The notes beneath the pieces were generated by a model that saw only the letters and a list, made by a program, of their open reading frames with translations, was not told the DNA's origin and did no database searches. DNA of 60,563 nucleotides, counting the filler, from Sphacelaria rigidula (Eukaryota): NCBI GenBank assembly GCA_964200075.2. It is 8 parts of 8 records of this genome, joined end to end, with 100 filler letters (N's around TTAATTAATTAA, not from the genome) between each part and the next. Parts side by side here need not be neighbours in the genome. Positions count along the whole stretch, not along the records: positions 1 to 7,484 come from CAXNAA020014711.1; positions 7,585 to 15,068 come from CAXNAA020014712.1; 6 more parts are not named here. One strand, given 5' to 3'. The position numbers and the translations under genes were made by a program. How positions within the stretch are numbered: the stretch's first letter is position 1; every line of letters starts with the position of its first letter. This document shows positions 1 to 12,685 of the stretch, piece after piece.

Positions 1-3000
1 CTTTAACGGCAGTTATGATCATCGCCTCCGTGCACGTTTTTGGCCGGTTTGGGGGGGGGCTATCTCGGAAGCAGTCAACAGTATTTGCCGAACCTCGCCC
101 AAATCCTCAAACCTCTCACCTCCCTTCTCAAAAAGAGGAGTGAAATTCGCGTTAACATCGGAAATGGAGAAGCTAGTACGTAAGTTGCTTGACATACTCC
201 CGCGACCACCAATCTTGGTTTTCCCAGACTGGTCGGCCGCTGAAAATGGTTGACATCCGTTCCGACTTCACGGATTCCTCCAAAATTGGGTTTGGCTGCA
301 CAATGAAACAGGAACAACCAGATGCTCTTATTCGTCTCATTGGATATTGGAGTGGAACCATCTACCCAAAGGAACAAAACTGGTCGGTCATAGAGCAAGA
401 GGCCAGTGCGGTTGTTTGGGGAGTGAGACGTCTTCGTCAGTACTTGTATGGTAATCCGTTCGTGATTTATACAGATCAGAAGTCTTTGGAAAACTTCACC
501 AAAATGGCGGAACACAAGTCCCGGGTTCAACGCTGGTTCGAAATCCTGTCTCGTTACCACTTCACGCTAAAGTATCGAACAGGACCTCAAAATGCAAACG
601 CTGATTTTCTGTCTCGCTTGCCCATCCCGGTCCAAGCCATCGACAGCTCCGCCTTGGGACGTATTACGAATCCCACCGAAGACATTGTATATTTCATTAG
701 CAGAAACGGTCATGGCGGAATCTGCACACCACTCTCGCTGAACAACAACTCCGCCTTTGGCATCGATGGGCTGACGACTACAACTTACGCTTCTGTACCA
801 GGTAGTATGCCACCACAATCGTTGTATTCAGTTTGAAGTGGAGCTAGTACAAACCCAAGCGGGTATGATCATTTCCGTGCAACTGCTCATCGTATGGTTT
901 GTGCTGCAGATGTAGAACCGTCTTGTACTGACTTCGTTCTCCCGCTTCAAGTTCGGGATCTCATCTCGAGTAGAACCCAGGGACGGCGGGCCGCCGATAC
1001 GGCCGCCACCCTGGCGACCTCTGGCCCGGACGTTCTCATCCGAGACCCCATCCCGGTGCCCGAAACTTTCCTTGCTCCCCCTCAACCACCGCGGCGCAAG
1101 GCCCCCAGAAGATTGACCCCATCCACGGAACCCTTTCTTCTCATAGCCGAAGCTTTGGCTTTGCCCCCCTTCCCCGGTGATGGTGTTCCCAGTGAGACCT
1201 CATCACCCGATGCGCTAGTCGACGTAGGAATCGAAGACAATGTTCTTCTTGAGAATACACTAATTTTCCCCCCCGCTCATGATCCAAATACCCCTGGTTC
1301 GAGTCAACACCGCCGTGACACGAACCCCTTCCTTTTGGACAAACCGTCGGATAGTGTATTTGAGGAACGTTTGACCCTTCTCTCCCACGCCGATCGGGCC
1401 AGGGAACAACGAGCTTAACCTGCTCCTGGAGCGGCTATGCATTATCTATCCAAAGGCTGCCCGTCTCCTTTTTCAGCAACTGAATCCCTCGTGCCCGTTG
1501 GGAACCACAAAACCCCGCCAGGATGCAGTTATTGAACTATCGCGAAAAGCTATGCTTTATACGGATGATGATGGCGTTGTTCTTTTATTTCGCCGGCCCG
1601 CAGCGCCCCTTCATGTAGGGAAACCTACCATTAAATATGCCTGTTTTTTAGGTGATGATCGCACACGAATTAATGTGCCGATGCTTCTGCGTCCATGGGT
1701 TCTCAATGGATGCCATTTCACAAGCATCGATACATCTGGGAGTTGCTCAGACCTCCCAGGTGCTTGAGCGTTTTTATCGGTGCATTTATATGGATCAGTG
1801 TTTACGTCGGTGGGTGAGGCGTTGTCTTTTGTGCCAGGCGCGAAAACCTTCACGCCAGACGGTTCGGTGATCAGGTATTTCCATGCAATTCCCCAACCGG
1901 CCTGGTGAAGTAGTCTCATGGGATAATTTCAGTTCGTTGCCTCTCTCTGATGATGGTAACAAGTACATTCCATTGTTCACGGAACGTTTCAGTCGACACG
2001 CGGTGATGCATGTTGTTTCGGAAAAGCAACTGTAGTGCGGAAAGCACAGCCAACGTCCTTGTGTACACATATATTCCGCAATGGCGTGTACCCGAACGAC
2101 TGTTGTCCGATAACGGCCCGCATTTCGCCGGCAAAATTTATGCCGCGACCAGTAACCTTCCGCGTGCCCGTCGTATTTTTACTAGCTTATACCACCTGTC
2201 CACATACGGTGGGATTGAACGACTGAACCATACGATGGCTCAAATGCTTGCAACGGTTACCAACGAACGACAAACGGACTGGGACTTGCATTTGCCCCTT
2301 GTTTAGATGGACTACAACAATTCAATCAATGCCGTAGCGGGATTGGCTGCCAATGAGGTTCATACCGGTCGTATGCCCAGGTTGTCACTGACGGTGTTCG
2401 AACGGAAACCTTACGGAGGCCATCATAGGTTGGATCGAGATATCGCGGAGTACCATATTTCTGTTAGTAATCGTCTTCGTCTTGCGTATGAGGTGGTACG
2501 CAAGCAGAACCAAATCAATGCAGCAGAAGTAGCCAGGGCAAACACTGTGTTGGATGATGCAGTCAACAACCGTCCGGGGTGGAGAGTAGATCAATGGGCA
2601 TGGGTGTAAAATGACGTGAAGACCGCAACTCAGGGGGCTAGCTTCAATACATCTTCGTTGGATAAGGTGTTGAGGTCGAAACCTTCCCTGGATTGGACGG
2701 GTCCTTGGGAAATTTTGGCTGTTGGTCCAAGCGCTACCGTACCCGACAACAGCTCGGTGGGGGCGAAACGTTTGAATTTAGATTTTCCCACGGATGAACC
2801 TGGCTTGAAACCGAAAAATCGCGTCTCGATGCTACGATGCAAACCAGGTATCCTTTCTCATGACTGCTCTGACATGCCCAAATAAATGCCGCTGGGGCTC
2901 AGCCAGTATGTCTAGACAAAATATGCGATGAAAACTCCACCGTATCATATGATGGTCGAGGATGCGGACGCACCCTCGGAACGTGTTGCGGTAGATAGGA

Positions 3001-3930
3001 TTTTGGACCATCAACTGGTCCGCGGCCGTGGTGGAAAGATAGCGGTAATGTATCAAACGCATTGGAAGGGCATCATCCGTGTTACATGGGAGCGTGAAGT
3101 TGACATACGTCACTTTCGTCGGGAAACATTGCTGTACTGGGTAGAAGATGTCGTCCAACACCGCCCGTTGAATAAGAGATATAGGTCGATGCGCAAGGGA
3201 GCTTCCGCTCGAGAACTGGCACGAGAGTACTCAGCGCGGTTTGTCGTAGTAGGATATAGCCTTCTTTCGCGTTCACAATACATGCAGTCTTTTCACGGAC
3301 AATATTTGCCGAAGGGGATGTATTTTTGGTATAAGGCTTTGGAGTCACTGTGGTGGTTGGGTAGGAGTCATTTGGTCGATCCTGGATCTAATGGCTCCTA
3401 CTTTATCCGTTTCCTCGATGACCCGAGCCCCCTAAAGATTTGCTTGGATGATGCCTACTACACCAAGGAGCCGACCGGTCGCCGAGGATTCTGGTGCCTC
3501 CAACGACACGACCAAGGTGATCTCAACACAGCCGTCCTACGCAACTCAGACATCGCTTGGGATGCAAAAAACTCATGATGCCGCATCCGAGTCTGCTTCC
3601 CCATTTACCTTGCGCAGTTTACCATGTTCGAATGGCTTGTCTTGCGCCGTAGCATCGTTGGAAAACCATATCAAGGGTAGGACAAATATTTATTCGTCTG
3701 GAAATTACTTGGTTTGAGCATAATTGATTCGACTCGTACGAATCAATCCCTAGGCTTTGTTTTCAGCGTTGTAACCCAGGTACACGCAGCCCAGACATGT
3801 GTAATGGCGCAAACGTTGCGTTGATACCCCTTGGACCAGCGGTCAGCTTTTTTCTCCCTTTTGGACAATCAGGCCGAGGAAATCGTGGATTTGGTTATTC
3901 TTAGTCGTGATGATTCGTCCTAACGGTGAA
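1..3930 (+). mobile_element. Degenerate Ty3/Gypsy LTR retrotransposon, 3' half of pol (RT end, RNase H, integrase, chromodomain) plus 3' internal region; 5' part cut by contig start
   Basis: RNase H motifs (DSSKIGFG...YWS...NWSVIEQEASAVVWGVRRLRQYLYGNPFVIYTDQKSL...RVQRW...NANADFLSR); integrase HHCC finger (HLGVAQT...VRRCLLCQARK); core SDNGPHF...GGIERLNHT; GPY/F-like WTGPWEI. RT-RH-IN order is Gypsy-type. Many stops and frameshifts. LTR not identified. Confidence 0.93.
2928..3578 (+). pseudogene. C-terminal extension of the Gypsy integrase: chromodomain-like segment followed by a PWWP/Tudor-like segment
   Basis: VDRILDHQLVRGRGGKIAVMYQTHWKGIIRVTWEREVDI matches the chromodomain pattern (VEKILDHR...YLVKWKG...TWEPE). 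LPKGMYFWYKALESLWWLGR...YFIRFLDD resembles the PWWP/Tudor pattern by eye only. Confidence 0.65.
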
Positions 3931-4624
3931 CCATATGTTACCCCCCCTCTCCCCCTTTATTTTTTTCCCGTGCAGTTGTAGCCCTCGTTCCTCTAGTGGT
4001 TGTATTTGGTAGGAGTATTTATGTTCGGCTTTGGACTCTCTTTGTGTTTTCTATTCTTTTTTCCTCGTTTCGTGTTTTTATACATGTACATATATCATTT
4101 CCCTTTTCCCCCCACTTTTGCCGATTTTTCTCTGGCGGCACGGCATCTTATCATGCGTTTTCTTTTGCAGTGCGCGAAGAAGGCGCAACGGTACATCACC
4201 TTTCAGGTTTGGGTGTCATCTGATACCTGTGGCGCGTGTTATGGCCATCGAACGTCGCCCGCACTGGCTCTTCTTCGCGGGGTGTCGATCCCCAACAACA
4301 AACGCCTTCCCAAATTCATGAAACTTCAAGCAGCAGGATGATTGTTGGCGGGATATTTCCTTCCCGTGTTTCTCTTTGTCGCGTTCTCGTTCATTTGGGA
4401 GCACGAGTACACCGCTTATGCCGCCAATGTCACGAGAACATGAGAGCAATGCAGTTGAAAACATTTGAACATTGCATTGACCTTAGTCAGCAGCAAACAC
4501 CACAAGGCACACACGTGGGCAAACGTCCCTTCTGTGGATCACCTGTATTGACCAGCAAATGGGGGTGCCGAAATTCTTGTGATCATGCAACCCGTAGGAT
4601 GCACCTGCAAGGCATAGGCGTAGG

Positions 4625-4780
4625 GATATCCTTTTGACAGGGTTGACAGGTTTGTCCTTGTGACAGCGATGACAGGCACAGAGATGCCCTTGTGGCAGGG
4701 ATGATAGATATATCCTTGTGACAAGGATGGCATATATATCCTTGTGATAGGGATGCATCCCTACACAAGTACTTGACAGA
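4625..4780. repeat. Degenerate minisatellite, core CCTTGTGACAGGGATG
   Basis: About 6 imperfect tandem copies visible. Confidence 0.6.
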
Positions 4781-5950
4781 GGAGACCTAAAGAAATGTAC
4801 GTAAACGATGCTTGGTACTATGGAGATGCTACGAACCCTAACGCTAACCGTAACCCTAACATCGAACAAGGCATACCGACAACTCTCGGGCAAGGGGAGT
4901 GCAGAGTGTTTCTCAAGGGCCGTTATCATCGACACAGCGTTTTAGGAGATCGCCCAGATTTTAGGCGTTTTCGCAACTGGCGCTTGGCCTTCTCCGAAAA
5001 TGAAGCGGCTAGATTTTTGCGCCAAGCCTTCACGTTTGGCGAACGCCAAATATTTCGGAACGCGGCGCAATACTCCGCAGAGCTACCCTCGGCGGACGCC
5101 ATGGCGCTTGCAAGCATGCGAGAATCGTCAGGAACCTTGCTAGTGACACCCTGGGCTATGCCGCAGAGTAAAAAGCACCGCGGGTTGGCGGTGTCTATTT
5201 TCTTGGACCGTGTGTGCCCCGGCAGCGGTGTTGGAGCTGTTGCGGTTAAGCACGGTGGTCGTCGTTTGCAGACAAACGCACTTTCGAAGTGGAGAGCAGA
5301 AACAATCCAGTAACTACCTACTTGCCTGCAGTGCTGCTTCGAGTGTACGCTACTGCACTGTCTGTAAAGTGCATAGCTGGTGGTTTTATTCGGTATGTCT
5401 GCGCATACAACTCACAGAAAGCAAGCATGCTGCAATCTCTGCACGGGGCTTCCTTCAGTCGGTATTCTTACTCATATGTGCTCCTGCAGCATCCCGAGAG
5501 AGCCAGTCGATCACGCCCTCGCCTGTTCGACTGCCCCCCCGTGTCACAGAGAGGTTGTGAGAAATATTTTCGCCACAGTTATGAACGCCATACACGGCAG
5601 GTAGTATAACCCTGTCCTTTATTTTGCCGGCGAAGGCAAGCAAACGACGACATCAGCACCATCTATGATGACATATCTAACAGCAACAGTGAATTTAGAA
5701 AATAACGAGCCCTAGGCGATTGCCGGAAATTCAGACCTTCTCCCATTTTTTTCATTTGACGATAATGAAGGCCCAAAGTATAGCGTGCGTTGCTAGAGCT
5801 CAAATCGACGCCTTTGAGCCAATTTTGGACCAAAACACGTTCTGGACGACCTGGGTCTACTGCTCATCACTGCTCACCTGCCCCAAATCATGGATTTTCG
5901 CAGAACTTTCTTCAGTCCGAAATCAAGTACAATCGAGTACCAATCATCAC
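4781..5950 (+). repeat. Split copy of a dispersed repeat family carrying (CCCTAA)n-like motifs; parts at about 4781-4900 and 5785-5950
   Basis: Both parts align by eye to 10461-11090 (GACCT..GAAATGTACGT, AACCCTAAC tract, AGCTCAAATCGACGCCTTTG...GGACCAAAACACGTTCTGGACGA). Confidence 0.75.
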
Positions 5951-7484
5951 ATTGGAAAATGCGGGAATATGATATGATGGGTGAATTGTGGCCAAAGGTG
6001 TGCATTGGAAGTCGTGCGTGACCTGTAACAACGTGAGATTGAGAGTAGAGCGCTGATTGAGAGTGTTGGTCATTCAATCTAACTTGCCCGTTTTTTGATT
6101 CCGTGCGTGCTTTTCTTTGCAATCACTGGCTTGTAGTTGTAGTTACACATCGATATCCTACTCAGGGATATCAAAGGCGTCAGTGGCATGCTACTACAGA
6201 AAGCATATCGGGCCTCGCGGAGGAGTATTTCGGAACTGAAACGATTTATTAACTCATCCACTGCTTCTCACTCTCAATCGTACTCTACTCTCAATCTCAC
6301 GAGAACAATATCCTATGTAATTAGAGGCTCCCTCATCAGTTGTGCTTGTTTGTCCACGTCTTCTTCTTGTTCGTGAAGGACAATAAGTACCTGCTCGATC
6401 GTCGCGGACAAAGCGATGACTCGCGCGCTTTTTCTCTGTTTATTCAACCCATGTATACTATGTACATGTATCATTTCGCATTTTTCACCACTTTTACCGA
6501 GTTTTCTCTGCCGACAAGGCATTTTTCCCCACGCTTTCCTTTGCAGCGCACTGAAAAGGCATATTCGTACGAAGTATATTTTTTACTTTCGACTTGCGTC
6601 ACCCCAGGGAGGCCCGTACCAACCTCCCCAAGGGGAACCTTGTATATATATATATATATTGGTCATTTCTGGGTTCATATGTTGGAGCATTCCGTGACGA
6701 CCGTTCCACAAACATCCCTGATCCCGAGTCTGGAACACTCGAACCTTCGTCCTCCGCGCCGTACACTCACGATCATTCCGTATAGAATGGTTACCACGAG
6801 TTGTTTTCTTTCCTTCCCTCGTCCTGTGCACCTTTGTTTTCTTGTTTGTTTAGTTTTGCTGTTGTTGTGTCTTCTGGATCGAGAGTTTCCGGAGCGAGCG
6901 CTAGATATGGCTGACCCCCCCGTCTGGAATACTTGCGTTTTTGTCCAATCGCTCCATACACGAAATATTGCCTTCGTTTCCGAAATCGGTCGTAACGTGT
7001 CTATGTTTGTGTGTGTTACACCTTGGATTTTATGTTACCATAGATGGTAGTAACCGGGGTCGAGAGTCCACAATGGTTTGACCTTCTCGGCTGAAACACT
7101 TGACCCTGCTTGCTTCGTACACGCGACAACCGCTTCCGTGTATGGGGACGGTCGCCCCGTGCTAAATTTCTGTTTCGTTTGGCGTTTATTTTGTTTCCGC
7201 TGTTGCCAAGCGTACTTCTTATTTTTTCGTATAATTGTTCTTGCCTTCCTTTTTTTTGCGCCAGTATGTTGAAAATTTCGTCACGAGTGCTCCACCGTTC
7301 CTGACCCTCGAGTCCAGAACACTTGGCTTACTTGTCTATGAGCCCTGCCCACGTGAAACCAAATTCGTTTATAGGAAGGGTCACGTGCAACACGACGCAA
7401 CTGGATTATTATGTTTCGGTGATTGGTAAGATAAAGCGTGGTCACCACTGACGACACTTTCTACGATAGCCCCCCCCCAAAACC

Positions 7485-7584
7485 NNNNNNNNNNNNNNNN
7501 NNNNNNNNNNNNNNNNNNNNNNNNNNNNTTAATTAATTAANNNNNNNNNNNNNNNNNNNNNNNNNNNNNNNNNNNNNNNNNNNN
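7485..7584. other. Artificial contig linker (N44-TTAATTAATTAA-N44)
   Basis: 100-nt spacer with a six-frame stop linker, recurring every ~7.58 kb. Confidence 0.98.
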
Positions 7585-7677
7585 GTACCGCGCAGATACC
7601 GGAACGGTTTTAAATGTGAAGACAACAGCAACAACAACAACAACAGCAACAACAACAACAACAACAGCAACAACAAC
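7585..7677 (+). mobile_element. 3' terminus of RTE LINE with (CAA)n tail
   Basis: GTACCGCGCAGATACCGGAACGGTTTT..ATGTGAAGACAAC(AAC)n, same as 46709-46835. Confidence 0.8.
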
Positions 7678-8566
7678 TGCATAGCTTTTTCATCTGCTGC
7701 ACTAGAAGAAACGCATTTGTCGTTCTCCTCTCTTGCTACGATGATGGTGCCAACATCCACCGTTTACATTACTATGGTTGTTTGACGAGGGATATTTTTC
7801 TTCTTGACTTGCATTAGCCCTTAGTCACTGCGAGAGTTGTCCATCTGGATCATGCCTACTTTCTTCAAGTGAATATTGATGCCGATTTAGCGGATGACCT
7901 ATTCCTGTAAAATAAGGACTAAGTTTAGACCGTCAAAACCATCGCGCGTGGTCATGGGTCCGTGTTCCGGTTCGCGCTTGTGTGCTGAATGTACTACATA
8001 CGGTGCTGTTTGATGTGCCTCCGGTACCACTACTACCTGTGTACAGCACACAAGCTTTCTCGAAGAAGGCAGGTCTTTGGTCCCTCCTGCCCAAGATTCC
8101 TCTCGTGGTCGTGGTGACCAGGGGTATTGTATCGGTACCTCAAAAGCAAGGCATTTCGTACACTCTGTTCGACTTCTTCGTGTAGGGCAAGGACTGGCCG
8201 TGAGCCGGGTGATGCGCAGGATTCTCCCATTAGCCGGGAGACTTTCTACGATAACACTCCCCCCCCAAAAAAAAAAAAAAAAAAATTGCATGATTTGGGA
8301 GGCAACATCTTCGGTTAAATTGAAATGGAAAAAGCCGAGTACAACGAGCAGCTGGGAATTACCACGCTTGGGTTCGTTCTCGCCAATGATGCCAATATCA
8401 GGCGTTGTATGGCCTTTTTTGGCGGCTGCGTTCCATTGAACTCTGAACTCGCTGGCACCATACCTGCATCCGTTACTCGAGGTTGGGGGAGGCGAATTTT
8501 CTTTCCCCAGTCTACGTTCAAATTTTCCATGATGACATATTTTTTCAACATCTGTATCGCTAATAG

Positions 8567-8773
8567 AGGTATCTCAAACTCGGCTCCCGGTATCCTGGTA
8601 TATCCGCCGACTCTGAGTTGTGTAATATTTTTTCAAATCAAAGTGATCGCGACTCACAGGAGGACCTGATCTGGCGGTCAAGGAGTCTCATCATCTGATG
8701 GATCGGTATCACTTTCACTTGAAAAAATAGAACAAACCAAACCAGGATACCGGGAGCCGAGTTTGAGATACCT
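8567..8773. mobile_element. MITE / foldback with 33-bp perfect terminal inverted repeats
   Basis: AGGTATCTCAAACTCGGCTCCCGGTATCCTGGT (8567-8599) is the exact reverse complement of 8741-8773; the interior is also weakly palindromic; no clear TSD. Confidence 0.85.
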
Positions 8774-9502
8774 GACATCAACCATGCGGCAATGATCAGC
8801 CGCTCGTTGTTTTCACCATTATCCAAGGATGCACACAAGTTTGAGGGTATATCATGATGCTGGTGCGTAGATATATTGCTGTGGCATTGATTGATTGATT
8901 GATTGATTGATTGGCTGATTATCTCACATTAGCTGATTGCAACAATCCAGTCCGTGGTCAGGAGCAGCACAAATAAAAGAGAACAACAAAAATAATAATA
9001 GTGAAGAAATGAACAGAAACCGACAGAAGCAACAGCCTCGGAAAGGAAAGAATGGGGGCAGCGATAACAACGAAAAACAACAATAACAAGCAACGACAAC
9101 AACAAGCAACAGCAATAACGACAAACACAAACACAAACGCAAGCATGAACAACAACAACAAAGAAATGATGATCGCGCATTACGTAGCTGATTGCAACGC
9201 TCTAGCTCGTGATCAAAAACAAAACGGCATATTCGTCCGAAACAGCCGCGTCTGCCTTCATTCGGATCTCTCCGCCGCTCACAAAGCGGAACCGCTTGCT
9301 GTGGCAATTTCTTTAGTTCCTCTTCACATGTGCGTGCAGGCGCCCATGTTGCGCATACAAAACATTTGTATATGACTGATGACTTTGACAGCTCCATGTA
9401 CGGTCACGAATGTCGCGGTACCCGCTGCCATTGTTCAGTTGAATTGTGTCGTTGACCATGATCCACCTACAATGTGGCAAAAACATGAAAACATAATCAC
9501 AG

Positions 9503-9681
9503 GTGAACCTCAACATGGCTCTCGTACCGATGGAAGAGCGCCTTGCGTCGAAGGAGAAGGCCTGGGAATCGGAGCGGCACGATCTGATGGCCAAGGCCTC
9601 GGAGGGGCTGAGGAGTCTCAAGGCAGCGGAAGAACGGTGCCATGAACTGGAGAGGAAGAAGTCGCAGATGGAGGAAGAGAG
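9503..9681 (+). CDS. Isolated internal exon of a coiled-coil protein gene
   Basis: CACAG acceptor, GTGTGT donor; GC3-rich; VNLNMALVPMEERLASKEKAWESERHDLMAKASEGLRSLKAAEERCHELERKKSQMEEE has heptad-like E/K/R content. Confidence 0.7.
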
Positions 9682-10460
9682 GTGTGTCCCGGAGTCTGCC
9701 CGCATGACTACAATCATTTGCCGAACCGAACCAAACGAAACCAAATCGATTCTCGGCCGAAGACGATTGTTTATGGGGACAAATCCCCACTCTGCGGAGG
9801 CCCGAGTCTGTGCAAAGTTGGGGTGGCTCGTATTTGTTGAACTCGGATTTGCGGAGGCCCCGTTATGGTTTTTCACTCATTTGTTCTTCACTTAGCTCTG
9901 TACACAGGAGGTCATTTTGTGGAGGCGTGTGATACCGTGTGCTGTTTTAGTGAAGCCGGGGAAGAGGTAGGCGGGAAATCGTCCTTCAAGTGAAGTGTCG
10001 TACCGTAGTATCCTAGGGTAATGGAGTGCAGTACACTCCATCATCACAGTACAGGATAATGCTGTGCGGGAATACATGATGGTACAGTAATTGTTGCGAC
10101 AACAGTGATCGAAAACAGTAGTGCAGTACGGGTGCCGTGCCCGACATCATCCTGTAAGTACAACGACAACAAACGATAGGATAGTGTGGCACAGTTCGCC
10201 ACGGCGATAACATACGGCAGTGCAATGCAGTATATCATCATCGCCGCAGGGTACGTACGGTGTCAACACTTCTTATCCGCTTGTCGAGCCCCGTGCACGT
10301 TATACCTGTGCTACAAAGCTGCTCCAGCAGCTGACGCGGGCAATCGCGGTCTTGGTCGCGCGAATGCTGCTGCGGATCCAAAAATATCAACGGTCTCTTG
10401 CCGTATCATTGTGCGTCACCTTCCTACAGTTTGGGGGGACCTCAACTTTCCCCCGATCTC

Positions 10461-11090
10461 TTAGAGGGGACCTGAAGAAATGTTCGTGTACAATGGTTGA
10501 TGGGAAATATCATGGAATGTTCCAAACTAACACTTACCCTAACCCTGACCCCAACCCAAGGCGCACCGGACCCTCCGGCAAGGAGGGTGCACCAACTCTC
10601 CTGGGTAAAGTGCGCGTTGGCAGACCTCAAATTGACGCCGCGGGCGCCGATTTGGACAAAAATACGCTCTGGTCCACTGCTCACCTGCCCCAAAGCATAA
10701 ATTTTCTCAAAACTTTCTCAATTCTAAAATCAAGTAGTCATCCCTGTCAGCCATTGTGTACGAAAATTTCTTCAGGTTTACTGACCCCTTGAGGGGACCT
10801 TAGGAAATGTACGTATACAATGGTTGCCATCCCTACCACTAACCCTAACCCTAACCCCGACCAAGGCATACCGAGAACCCTCATGCAGGGGGGGCGCAAA
10901 GTGTTTTCTAGGCAAAAAGTGCGTTGCCAGAGCTCAAATCGACGCCTTTGGGCCGAGTTTGGACCAAAACACGTTCTGGACGAGCTGGGTCTACCGTTCA
11001 CCACTGCTCACTTGCTCGAAGTCATGATTTTTTTTCTCAGAAATTTCTCCAGTCTGAAATCAAGTAAAATCGAGTACCATTCATTGTTTG
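10461..11090 (+). repeat. Two diverged tandem ~320-bp units with internal telomere-like (CCCTAA)n
   Basis: Units start at about 10461 and 10790 (GAGGGGACCT..GAAATGT.CGT.TACAATGGTTG); CTAACCCTAACCCTAACCC at about 10839-10857. Confidence 0.8.
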
Positions 11091-12177
11091 TGAAGGATCG
11101 GAGCGTAGCAGGATCTTATAATTCAAACTGAGCTGCAGCACCATCTTCCCCCGTTGCCCCAAGCTTGAAACTCAATTTCCGTGACTGACCTATTTGCTTG
11201 CATCAACCGTTCCACAATTTCCCTCACATTAGCCTAGATTGTTCACTTTCGTACCCGTTCCACGAACCGCAGATCCCGCTACGCTCCGATCTTTCACTTC
11301 TGTGTATCGGTACGAATCGTTACAAAGTGCAACGGATCAAGCTGCCGGATTCCAGCGAAGCAGAATCGGATTCAACGTAGTCGGGAAAATGATCGGTACA
11401 ATCCAAAAAAGGGATGAGAAAGGCAACAACAGTACAACAGTGCAGCCTTTAATCAGCAATATCATCAAGCAGCGCAGCAGGCGTTTCCTTGCATTTGCTT
11501 GCCGAGAAAAACTTAATCAAATCATTCCAGATTCACAAGAGGGGCACAAGCGAAATATTCCCAACCAAGGAAATATGTGTTTTGTGGGAGCGAAAGAATT
11601 TCCCATCGCATCATTGAATTATATTGAATCACACATGAATCATGATACCTGTTTAATGACGAGCACCGAACAGAAACAGAACGGATCAGGGCTCGGGACG
11701 TCTGTATAGCTGATACCGAACATCGAAGCGATTGTCACTTGACACGCTGAGAGAGTGGTAGGCAGACGTAGTAGCAGGCGTTCAGAACGGCGGCCTGAAC
11801 AGCCAGCCATCTTACTTTTTTGATCGCAGGCAGTACGAGCGTTGAAGGTGGTACACCCGGACCACGTACTTTGCGCCGTGAGCAGTCGGAGAGGGATCGC
11901 ATCGATTGTTCAAGTTTATACAGTACTTTGTACCGCACAGGGCTTTAATCTATGCACAAATTCGAAAGCCGAGTACAAACGTATATTTTCTAAGGTGTAC
12001 TGGATCCCCTAGTCCAAATAGGGGAAGTTGGTGCGAAAATGAAGGAATCTCGATCTAAGCTCCCCCGACCCGGACTATATTGAGATCCATGAAAAGCGAA
12101 TCCCGAATCTAATCTCCCCTGATCTGTGTGCAGATCGAGACTATAGCACGTCAAGTTCCAAGTAGCTTGGCTTCTTT

Positions 12178-12685
12178 CGAGGTTTTCCTCGCGTACTACT
12201 CCTTGATGGAACTCTCAAGTGCTAGCGTCGGGAGACTTTGAAGTAAACAGATCCTTCTCAAAACACAGTGTCCAAGTTAGTGTTAATTGGTGTTATCGGG
12301 CGATACTAGTAGATATACGTCGTTTATCAGGAGGGTGTTGTTGACCGTGAAACACAGTTTTTCTGTTCTAGTGCAATGAGTAGGAGGAATAAATAAATGA
12401 AAAACGTGTGCATTTCTTCACAAATACGATCTAGACTGGCGCGATCGACCGAAAATACTCAAGAGTCAAAATCTGAGGCTGAAATGTGCGAGGACTCCTG
12501 ATGACCGATCAGCGCGTAAGTCAGTCAAAACTGAATACAGACGTTTTTTTTTTCTTGGAACGTGGATCGGATGTTAGTGTCTTCAGATCCCCAATGTGAC
12601 TAGTGGTGGCAGGCGGAAGAACGGAAGAAAATCGCAAATTACGAAGAAACTACCAAATATCCTTGAACTTGAAGTACTGTAGTGT
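12178..12685 (+). repeat. Dispersed repeat, internal part of the TIR element also present at 23906-24692
   Basis: Colinear similarity to about 24088-24590 (GGTTTTCCTCG.GTACTACTC...GCTAGCGTCGG...TTGACCGTGAAACACAGTTT...CGATCGACCGAAAATAC). Confidence 0.8.

Noticed and set aside
3930-4300. 3' LTR/PPT of the Gypsy element (and LTR of the Copia near 41330)
   Set aside because: No convincing polypurine tract or second LTR copy within the contig to define the boundaries.
6080-6400. Protein-like minus-strand frame (IEQVLIVLHEQEEDVDKQ...DELINRFSSEILLREARYAF)
   Set aside because: Several in-frame stops, no recognisable family and no convincing splice sites; not enough support to call.
7485-7584. Periodic TTAATTAATTAA motif every ~7.58 kb
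   Set aside because: Embedded in N-runs; an artificial six-frame-stop contig linker, not biology.
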